Shown here: piece by piece, positions 56,521 to 64,000 of the stretch | Layout of the letters: each line of letters begins with the position of its first letter | How positions within the stretch are numbered: position 1 is the stretch's first letter | Assembly (NCBI GenBank): GCA_965140415.1 | Contig: OZ223209.1 | Span: 4,480,001-4,544,000 of the forward strand | Reading direction: 5' to 3' | DNA from: Myxococcota bacterium | GTDB lineage: Bacteria; Myxococcota_A; SURF-8 | Length of the DNA stretch: 64,000 nucleotides | Program-made: the position numbers and the translations under genes | The notes under the pieces: model-generated | What the model saw: only the letters and a program-made list of their open reading frames with translations | What the model was told of the DNA's origin: nothing | Database searches by the model: none

Positions 56521-57219
56521 CTAAACGACGCCGGCTGTCAACACCACTTGTGGAAAGAGAAACTCTTTTTCATTCGCATCGTTGATGAAACTTCTGGAAG
56601 TATCCATCACGCGAATGATCGTCGTAAACAGAATATTCGGATCACTTGAAAGCATAACCTGCTTCTCATCCGGGAAAGCCTTTTTGATAACCTGAAGCTT
56701 CTCGTTGAGCAGCGGATAGTTATGGTCCAGTTCTTCTGTAATCTGCAACGGCCCGGAGCTGTTTTTGTAATTTTCCAGCCGGCTGTTGAGCTCTTCTTCT
56801 TCCATGAGATGGGTGCCCATGGTGTACTTCTTGCCGTTGTGCGTCCAAATCCGCATCAACTCGACAGAGCGCCCCTGAGAGTTACGGCCTTTATAAACCT
56901 TGACGTTCACTTTAGGAATCGTCGGGCCAGTCTGTGCGGTTTGCTCTTCACTGCCTGGCAATACGTTGTTGGCGCTGGCAATATAAATACCCAGCGAGCT
57001 AACGGCCAGAGTCAGGTTCAACGGAGGCTTTTCATCCGTTTTTTCCACGGCTTCGGCCTTGGGACCGATGCGCGGCGAAGAAACGGCGATCGTCGCCACC
57101 TTGATGTATTCCGTCGAGATCAGCAGCGCCGGAATCAGGATGGCCAACAGATTCATGAATGGAATCAGGTCCACCTCGGAACCGACGAGCGACTTCTTGT
57201 ATTTGTCTGTTCTAGACAT
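56521..57219 (-). CDS. ExbD/TolR family protein (AglQ-like)
   Basis: DLIPFMNLLAILIPALL TM; FPDE; IIRVMD; LFPQV. Confidence 0.85.
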   Translation of the reverse strand: MSRTDKYKKSLVGSEVDLIPFMNLLAILIPALLISTEYIKVATIAVSSPRIGPKAEAVEKTDEKPPLNLTLAVSSLGIYIASANNVLPGSEEQTAQTGPTIPKVNVKVYKGRNSQGRSVELMRIWTHNGKKYTMGTHLMEEEELNSRLENYKNSSGPLQITEELDHNYPLLNEKLQVIKKAFPDEKQVMLSSDPNILFTTIIRVMDTSRSFINDANEKEFLFPQVVLTAGVV

Positions 57220-57262
57220 AAACTACCCCTTAGTTACCAAAGTTAGGGTATTAAGGTTCGCC

Positions 57263-57907
57263 CTATTTCTCCAAGCCAGTACCTTTGCCGCGAGAAACCA
57301 GCAGATTCTCCAGCTTAACCGAATACTGATCGATTTCCTGGATGATCTTGGTGGTCACGTTCGACAGGAACAGATGCACGGCCATGCAAGGAATCGCGAC
57401 GATCAGACCGAAAGCGGTGGTGTTCATGGCGATCGAAATGGCGGCGGCCAAAACGGTGGCTTTCTGTTCCGGAGCTGCGGTAGCCACAGCCTCGAAGGCC
57501 TGGATCATACCGAAGATGGTTCCGAGCAGACCAAGGTAAGTAGCGATCTGAGCCAGGGTAACCAGGCTGCCGGTACGCTTCTGGATGACGGGCAGCACTT
57601 CCAAGGAGGCTTCTTCGATCGCGTTGGCGATTTCGGTTTCACCCTTGTTGGCGCGAGTCAGACCAGCTTTGATGACTTTGGGCAACGCAGCATTCTGAGC
57701 GGCATTGCAAAGCTTGATCGCACGGTCGATGTTATTGGCCATGACCAGTTTCTGGACCTGAGCCATGAACGCATTCGCATTGATGTTGAAACGGAAAAAG
57801 AGGAACACAAAGCGCTCAATCATAACAGCCAGCGCGATGACCGAAACGGCGGCGATCACGTACATAAAGGGACCACCCTGCTCCATGAATTGTTGCACAG
57901 CACCCAT
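57263..57907 (-). CDS. MotA/TolQ/ExbB proton-channel protein (AglR-like)
   Basis: GLLGTIFGMIQAF and ISIAMNTTAFGLIVAIP. Confidence 0.93.
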   Translation of the reverse strand: MGAVQQFMEQGGPFMYVIAAVSVIALAVMIERFVFLFFRFNINANAFMAQVQKLVMANNIDRAIKLCNAAQNAALPKVIKAGLTRANKGETEIANAIEEASLEVLPVIQKRTGSLVTLAQIATYLGLLGTIFGMIQAFEAVATAAPEQKATVLAAAISIAMNTTAFGLIVAIPCMAVHLFLSNVTTKIIQEIDQYSVKLENLLVSRGKGTGLEK

Positions 57908-58083
57908 GATTCAAGACCTCCTGCTACAAAAGCACATTAACGGGATAGAAATTTTCCTTGGATACAATTCCCAAAGGAAACACACGACTCTTTTCACTTA
58001 TTTTGTTTCACACATAACTCATGCCTGAAAGGCACGGGAATGTAATCTACCCTAGCTTATTCATAAAGCCAAGAAAATTTAGC

Positions 58084-58359
58084 TTAAAACGGCTCTTGTT
58101 TTACGGATCGAACGATTCTGGGTAAAAAACTCTCTTTTAGCTTCAACGCATCGTAGTTAATTTTCGATCGTTGCAGCACCAGCGACATCTCCGGTCGCAT
58201 GATTTTACCTCGAATCTCGATACCTTCCTTAATTACCATGCGTTTGACTTTACGCGCTTCAACAACGCTTGGGGAGGCAAACGCAACGATCAACCCCAGC
58301 ACCATCGTAAAGATAATCGTTTTCACTCCGGCGCGCTTTCTCATGTTCACTCCCCGCAA
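58084..58359 (-). CDS. Small secreted protein (GltF/CglF-like)
   Basis: Signal peptide; I.GKI.RP...VL.R...ESFLPRI; position between GltE-like and AglR-like genes. Confidence 0.6.
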   Translation of the reverse strand: MRGVNMRKRAGVKTIIFTMVLGLIVAFASPSVVEARKVKRMVIKEGIEIRGKIMRPEMSLVLQRSKINYDALKLKESFLPRIVRSVKQEPF

Positions 58360-58469
58360 ATATGGGAACGGATGATAAATTAATGCCTTGATCTTTTCAA
58401 GTATTTTTTTTCATCCCTGATGCAATTCGATTCAAAAAACCACTATTCCCTGTAAATACACCGTAATTT

Positions 58470-60227
58470 CTATTCCACCGGTGGAGGAATTTCCTCTTCT
58501 TCTTCACTTTCCGGTGGGCTGCTTTTCTTTTTCTGGGCTTCTTCGTAGCGCCGCTGAGCCTCTTCCACAGCTTTACGCTCTTCATCGCTCAGACCATCAT
58601 CCGAAGCTTTTTCTTGCTCAACCTTCGGAGATTCCGGCTCGGTTGGCTGCGGCTGCTCTTGCGCCTTTTCATTTTCCTGCTCGGCAGCGGCCTGTTCAGC
58701 GGCAGCTTGCTCGGCGGCGGCCTGCTCGGCAGCAGCTTGTTCGGCGGCGGCTTTTTCAGCGGCAGCCTTTTCCGCAGCGGCTTCCGCTTCTCGCGCCTTA
58801 CGGCGGGCATTACGCTTGATACGTTTCTGTAAACGCACAATCGTTCGCTCGTTCTTGTTCAGGCTGGAATCGATCTCCTCGATGTACTTCGGAGCCGGGT
58901 CATCATCGGAAAGCGGACGCGCCAACTCTTCGTATTTACTCAGGTAACCACGAGCGATGCCCAAACGTTCATTCACGGCTTTCAAATGAACGATTTCTTC
59001 TTCCGAGCTTGCGTTTTCCTTCAATTGCGGCATGATCTGCAAAAAAACCAGTCCGCGATCGAAATACAACTCAATCATACCCGAATTGAGTTTTTCCGCC
59101 TGATCGTAGGCCGCTAGCGCTTCCTTCTCTTTTTCCAATCCCGCTAACGCCGCACCTTTATTCAGGTATGCTTCCGCAAAGCTGGGATTGTAGCGAATCG
59201 CCTTTTCAAAACTTTGCAGCGCCTTGTCGAATTCCTTGGTATCGAGATAATAAATCCCAAGATTATTATGAGCTTCGCTGAAGTCTTCTCGATACTTGAT
59301 CGCATTGATGTAGCTCTGCTGGGCGTCTGCCAGGCGTTTTTCTTTCCGGTCCACCGTCGCCAGTCCATACCAGGCTTCCGCTACGGATTCATCGATTTTG
59401 AGAATGCGCTTGAAAACCATACGCGCCAGTTCGGTTTTTCCCTCATTCAAGTAGGCTTCACCCAAGACCATCAGCGCGGTTGTGTCTTGCTCATTCTTCT
59501 TCAGCGCTTGCTTGGCAATTTCGATGGCACGATTGTTCTCACCATCCAAAACAAGGATTCTGGCCAAAGCAACGCTGAGATCCGTGCTCTCCGGGAAACG
59601 CTGCGTCATCTCTTCGAGAAAACGCACCCCATCCCTGCTACGACCCTGCTGCACGTACGACATCGCCAGGTTAGCAGCCGCAATGTAGTAGTTGCGCTTG
59701 ATATTCAAAGCCCGCTTGAAGCGTTCTTCCGCCGCACGATAATTGCGCTCGCGCATGGACAACAACCCCAGGTTGTTTTCCGCCTGGTAGCATTTGGCAT
59801 CTTTCGCCAACGCCGCCATGAATGTTTTGCGGGCTTCGGCAGGATTATCAGCCGCCATGGCGATACCCCGCTCGATATCCAGAGCGCAACTACCGGTAGC
59901 CTCGAACTCGTAGGGCTTTTCCTTCTCTTCTTCAATGGCCATTGCTTCCGGCAACGGCTCTTCAGGCGTCTTCGCCTGTTCCTCTTCAGGTTTATCAGCG
60001 GGTTGCTGCACGTCTTCTTCCGCAGCAGGGCCCTTGCCTTCTTCTTCTGCAACTGGCGGTTCCGCTTCCACTTCATCGGAGGCCAACCCGGCATCGGGCA
60101 ACAGATCCTCTTTTTGCTTGCTCTTATCGGCAGCACAGGAAGCCACCAACAGCGCCATGATTGCCAGCGCCGCAAGCGACCAGATCCCGGATCGCCAGAT
60201 TGTCCTCTTCCGTTTCATCGAAACCAC
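58470..60227 (-). CDS. TPR lipoprotein (GltE-like) with AAAEQ/AAAEK repeat tail
   Basis: Lipobox VASC; many TPRs (AENNLG, AHNNLG); tandem AAAE(K/Q) repeats. Confidence 0.82.
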   Translation of the reverse strand: MVSMKRKRTIWRSGIWSLAALAIMALLVASCAADKSKQKEDLLPDAGLASDEVEAEPPVAEEEGKGPAAEEDVQQPADKPEEEQAKTPEEPLPEAMAIEEEKEKPYEFEATGSCALDIERGIAMAADNPAEARKTFMAALAKDAKCYQAENNLGLLSMRERNYRAAEERFKRALNIKRNYYIAAANLAMSYVQQGRSRDGVRFLEEMTQRFPESTDLSVALARILVLDGENNRAIEIAKQALKKNEQDTTALMVLGEAYLNEGKTELARMVFKRILKIDESVAEAWYGLATVDRKEKRLADAQQSYINAIKYREDFSEAHNNLGIYYLDTKEFDKALQSFEKAIRYNPSFAEAYLNKGAALAGLEKEKEALAAYDQAEKLNSGMIELYFDRGLVFLQIMPQLKENASSEEEIVHLKAVNERLGIARGYLSKYEELARPLSDDDPAPKYIEEIDSSLNKNERTIVRLQKRIKRNARRKAREAEAAAEKAAAEKAAAEQAAAEQAAAEQAAAEQAAAEQENEKAQEQPQPTEPESPKVEQEKASDDGLSDEERKAVEEAQRRYEEAQKKKSSPPESEEEEEIPPPVE

Positions 60228-60306
60228 TTTCTTTTAAACTCTGCGGTACAAACCGCGATCACATGTTCCTTCGCATTTCGACCCATGCCCGAACGGCATT
60301 AATCGG

Positions 60307-63300
60307 TCATCCTTTTTTCTCGCCCGTCGGCGGCTGTTCAGCAGGAGCCTCTTCCACATCCTTGGGCTTAACAGGTTCATGTTTTTTACCGTTATCCATC
60401 GGCAACGGCGATGTCACCTGCATGCGCGGTCGTGTCATTTCACGTTTGCGCAGCTTACCCACACCGGAAATCATAGTCGTCAGATTCGGACGATTCATGG
60501 CGTCCATCAGTCGCTTCCACCAATCCGAAGTAAACAATTTCGCTTGCTTACCCACTTCGAAGGCTTCCATGTACTGATCCGCCGCCTGCTTGTAGAAAGG
60601 CCGCGCCTGATCCGTCAACGCCTGCTGGTACATCAGCACCGCATCTTCGCCCAGTTTCTTGATTTCACGCGGGATCGGCGCGTCAAACAGGGCATCGGCG
60701 AACAATTCCACCGTTTCGGCTTTACGATAACGGGTAGCCAGCAGATATTCGGGGCTACGATAATCCATGACCGTGTTGTACTTCTTGATCAATTCATACA
60801 TGCCCTCTTCCTTCTTTTTGAAGGATTCGGCCATTTTCTTCTGATTGCGTCCACCGATCCGAATCGCCAGATACTTCTCGCGTTCCAGTTCGATCAGACG
60901 GAACTGAGCTGCTGCCGCCATCTGGTTGGAAAGATAATCCGTCTGGATGGTTTCATGAGTCTTGAAGAAGTCCAGAGCTTTTTCGAAATACTTGACGCCG
61001 CCTTTGCGGTTTTTGCGCTTGAATTCGGCTTCACCGATCTTGAAATAAGCCTGCATGACGTAGCGGTGGTTTTGCGGCTGGTTGCCATAGCGCTTGATGA
61101 ACTCGTTATAAACGCGATCCATGTTACGCCAGTCTTCCAGTTTCCCATACAAGTCACCCGCCGTAAACAGTACCGTGGGGGCATCCTTCTCCACCGCCTC
61201 GCACTGGTCGGCGTATTTCCGGTAAATGCTGGCCGCCTGGCGATACTCGCGGTTGAATTCCTTCAACTGCGCGTGGTTGATGATCGCCGCGCATTTACGC
61301 TTGGGATCGATATTGGGATACTTGGTGTACAACCGTTCGTACGCTTTGCTGGCGTAATCGAGATTGAATGATTCGTAGGCGCTATCCGCCACGAAGTACA
61401 ACGCATCGGGCGCATCGGGCGCATCGGGGAACTCGTCCACCATGCGCTGGAACAATTTCATTGCGGTAGCCGGACGATTCGCCATCGAGTAGTTAACGGC
61501 GGCGTTATACAACAGCTTCGGCGCGTTCTCGCTCTTGGTGTCCTGCTCGGCAGCCTTCAGGAACTGCTTGGCTGCTTTTTCGTATTCCTTGCGCTGCTGT
61601 AGTTCAACCGCGTATTGGGCGATGGCGTTGCCCTCGATCACCTTCAACTCGGCGCGCATCTTGTCGCGCTCTTCGGTCGACCCCAACTCCAACGAAGCCA
61701 GCTTCTCGGACCATTCGGTAACCTTCACCCAGTCTTCTGCCAGGTAGTAGGTATCGATAATCCGGCGGGCTGCACGCGGAGCGAACTTGCTCTTGGGGAA
61801 TTTATCGACGATTTCGATGTAACGGTTACGCGCTTCTTCCAAATGGTCGTACTCGAAATAGATACCCGCGATATTCCAGGCGATGGTCTCCAGATCGGTC
61901 GCCTTTTTACCCTTGGCATTTTTCACGTAGAACTCGCCGGCAGCAATGTACTTCTGCTGCAACTCGGGAATCTCACGTTTTTCGATCTTGCCTTTAAGCC
62001 GCTCACGCTGCATCTTTTCGGCTTCTTCGTCGGTGACTTCGATGTCGCCGCCTTTGGTGCCGATCATGTTGTCGTAACAGATCACGACCGAATAAGCCGC
62101 CTCGTTGAAGTATTTGTCGTCCAGTTTGCTGTCGCGCACCTTAAGGTATTCAACCACAGCCTCTTTGTAACTTCCGCCATAGAACAAAGCTTCAGCCAGG
62201 TTGAAGTTCAGCTCGTAAGCCTGTTTGTCATGCGGGAATTTTTCCAAAAACTTCCGGTAAGCTTTGGCGGCGCGTGCATAGTAAATGGTTGCTTCCGCCA
62301 CCTTGTTTTCGCTGCGGAATTTCTGCGCCTGCAAATTCTGGAACAACGCCCATTGCTTCAAGGAGTTCAGCGCCAGTTCCGAAGCGATCTTAAGCGCTTC
62401 CGGGTCGTCGGCGTTCTGAATCTGCCACTGGCTCCCCTCGCCGTAATCGGAAACGAGCTTTTCACGCTCGGTATTCTGTCTCTCTTCGTCGCGCAATCCA
62501 TAGAAATAGATCTGGATGATCTTGTTCTGTAGTTCGGGATTCTCGCGATTCCAGGGATCTTTCTTGAGCACCCGTTTATAAGCGGCTACCGCTTCTCCCC
62601 ATTTGGTCTGCTGGGTGAAGTAATCACCCAACTGCCGGAACACATCCGCTTCCCAGGGACGATTTCCCAGTCCGTCGAAGAAGAGTTCGGCGTTGCCTTC
62701 ACCGGCATTGGGCCAGTAATCCGTGCCTTGCGCATAGCAGTAGGCGATGTACTTGACGGCTTCATCCCGGAAGTAGGAATGTCGCCCGTCTTTCTTGAGC
62801 ATTTCCTCGGAATAGTCGTTGACCTTGGCGAAGGTCCGGATCGAATCGTCGAAACGGCTGAGAATAAAATAGGTGGATGCCAACTTGTACAGGATCTGAT
62901 CGTAGAAGATCGATTCCGTGAAACGCGACGCTTCCCTCAACGCTTCCATAGCGGGCATGTAATTCATTTCGTTGAAGTAGGCATCGCCGATTCTCAAATA
63001 AGCTTCCGCCACGTACTCGCTCTCCGGACGACTGGCAATCAGATTTTCCAGAGCCCTACGCACGTCGGCGTAAGCCCGTTGTTCCTGGTAGGCATAGGCC
63101 AGCATATAATAGACAGCGTCGATGTAGCGGTAATCGGGGAATTTCTGCGCCAGCGCTTCGTATATGCGAATCGAATGACTGAAATCGGGATGCGGCGGAA
63201 TCGGTTCGTCATCCCGCAGACCTTCCTCAAACATCGTCCACTGGCGCTCATACTCCTTTAACAGGTCTTCCTGTACCAGAGCGAATTCCTTCTCCGCCTT

Positions 63301-63759
63301 TTCGTAATACAGATCGGAAAGTCGGAACATGGAATCCGGGGTGTATTTAGGTTCGTTGGGATAGAGCTTTACAAAGCGCTCCAAGGTTTCGATGGCGTCT
63401 AGGATCAACTTCAGCTCCCGGTCGTTCATCTGCTTCAAACGACCCTTGTAGCGGTCGTCGATTTCCTTGTCTTTACGCTCGAATTGAGATTCGATTACGT
63501 CGCCGATATCCTCGCCGAATTCCGTTACGCGGCGTGTGAAGCGGCGCACCGCCTCTTCCACATCCTCCTCGGCGATCTGTACATCTTCCGCCGTTGCGCT
63601 TAGTAGTTCCTGCTTGGCCGGTTCTTCATCCGCTCCGGCAGGCGCCTGCTGCGCGATTGCAGGAATGCCGAGCAGCAACAGAACACCCGTAAGCATTCCG
63701 ATCCATACCAAACGGCGCAAGGCGTTGTTTTGTTCTCCTGTCAGTCGCACCCTACTCAC
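60307..63759 (-). CDS. Large periplasmic TPR protein (GltD/AgmU-like)
   Basis: Signal peptide; TPDSMFRLSDLYYE; repeated TPR/BamD-like units; 1150 aa. Confidence 0.82.
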   Translation of the reverse strand: MSRVRLTGEQNNALRRLVWIGMLTGVLLLLGIPAIAQQAPAGADEEPAKQELLSATAEDVQIAEEDVEEAVRRFTRRVTEFGEDIGDVIESQFERKDKEIDDRYKGRLKQMNDRELKLILDAIETLERFVKLYPNEPKYTPDSMFRLSDLYYEKAEKEFALVQEDLLKEYERQWTMFEEGLRDDEPIPPHPDFSHSIRIYEALAQKFPDYRYIDAVYYMLAYAYQEQRAYADVRRALENLIASRPESEYVAEAYLRIGDAYFNEMNYMPAMEALREASRFTESIFYDQILYKLASTYFILSRFDDSIRTFAKVNDYSEEMLKKDGRHSYFRDEAVKYIAYCYAQGTDYWPNAGEGNAELFFDGLGNRPWEADVFRQLGDYFTQQTKWGEAVAAYKRVLKKDPWNRENPELQNKIIQIYFYGLRDEERQNTEREKLVSDYGEGSQWQIQNADDPEALKIASELALNSLKQWALFQNLQAQKFRSENKVAEATIYYARAAKAYRKFLEKFPHDKQAYELNFNLAEALFYGGSYKEAVVEYLKVRDSKLDDKYFNEAAYSVVICYDNMIGTKGGDIEVTDEEAEKMQRERLKGKIEKREIPELQQKYIAAGEFYVKNAKGKKATDLETIAWNIAGIYFEYDHLEEARNRYIEIVDKFPKSKFAPRAARRIIDTYYLAEDWVKVTEWSEKLASLELGSTEERDKMRAELKVIEGNAIAQYAVELQQRKEYEKAAKQFLKAAEQDTKSENAPKLLYNAAVNYSMANRPATAMKLFQRMVDEFPDAPDAPDALYFVADSAYESFNLDYASKAYERLYTKYPNIDPKRKCAAIINHAQLKEFNREYRQAASIYRKYADQCEAVEKDAPTVLFTAGDLYGKLEDWRNMDRVYNEFIKRYGNQPQNHRYVMQAYFKIGEAEFKRKNRKGGVKYFEKALDFFKTHETIQTDYLSNQMAAAAQFRLIELEREKYLAIRIGGRNQKKMAESFKKKEEGMYELIKKYNTVMDYRSPEYLLATRYRKAETVELFADALFDAPIPREIKKLGEDAVLMYQQALTDQARPFYKQAADQYMEAFEVGKQAKLFTSDWWKRLMDAMNRPNLTTMISGVGKLRKREMTRPRMQVTSPLPMDNGKKHEPVKPKDVEEAPAEQPPTGEKKG

Positions 63760-64000
63760 CCCTCAGCTCCTGGAAGGTGATTTTCAACTGGTCTTTTTCA
63801 TCGCTACGCTGTTCCAACAACGTATTGACTTTTTCTTTGACCTTTTGGCGTCGCTCCCAGGCGACATCCACCATACCCACATTGGCTTTGAGCACGATGT
63901 CGTGAAAGCGCTCGCGCACGTCTTTGAGATTCTGATAGGCGATCTTGGCCGCCAATTCGGAAGATTCGTTGCGGTGCTGCACCAACGTCGCTTCAAAACG
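63752..64000 (-). CDS. 3' end of a truncated CDS (probably GltC-like TPR protein)
   Basis: Frame open to the window edge; KANVGMVDVAW motif; overlaps the GltD-like start. Confidence 0.6.
   Translation of the reverse strand, partial: RFEATLVQHRNESSELAAKIAYQNLKDVRERFHDIVLKANVGMVDVAWERRQKVKEKVNTLLEQRSDEKDQLKITFQELRGE

Noticed and set aside
58680-58790. 15-bp tandem repeat
   Set aside because: Encodes the AAAE(K/Q) helical linker with synonymous variation; an ordinary protein repeat
1-64000. DGR reverse transcriptase, Avd or AAC-rich template repeat
   Set aside because: No ORF with RT motifs and no sequence matching the VR at non-A positions seen by eye on either strand
1-64000. CRISPR array or cas genes
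   Set aside because: No regularly spaced 25-40 bp repeats with unique spacers; the short arrays found have 8-10 bp units

Overview
Bacterial chromosomal window of moderately high GC. Gene content (Agl-Glt-like motor cluster, Cys-rich lipoproteins, Hanks-type kinase) suggests a Myxococcota/deltaproteobacterial lineage; this is inference. The left ~10 kb (~930-10903) is a probable integrated element abutting the 3' end of tRNA-Glu (next to tRNA-Lys). It carries a rolling-circle HUH Rep, a sigma70-region-4-like protein, three small ORFs (one resembles the alpha-E helix of the adjacent recombinase) and a large serine recombinase whose reading frame runs into the antisense of the tRNA. Its cargo is a ~1120-aa modular lipoprotein ending in an FGE-sulfatase/C-type-lectin domain. 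Its last ~40 codons look like a diversity-generating-retroelement (DGR) variable repeat (8 A in 120 nt, NNC/NNT codons at the usual AAC positions, downstream hairpin), yet I see no reverse transcriptase or template repeat in the window. The rest is mostly core genome: pgeF, rluD, sugar enzymes, a second FGE-domain paralog, VKOR-DsbA, apbE, an acyl-CoA/GNAT operon, a radical SAM HhH protein, tsaC-purE-purD, regulators and a kinase. The right end holds a Wzc/short-OPX/beta-barrel polysaccharide export set directly downstream of a GltC/D/E/F-AglR/Q/S-GltG-like cluster. Non-coding repeats include a 93-bp structured repeat in two copies and two REP-like palindrome families. All calls come from motif reading by eye; no searches were run.
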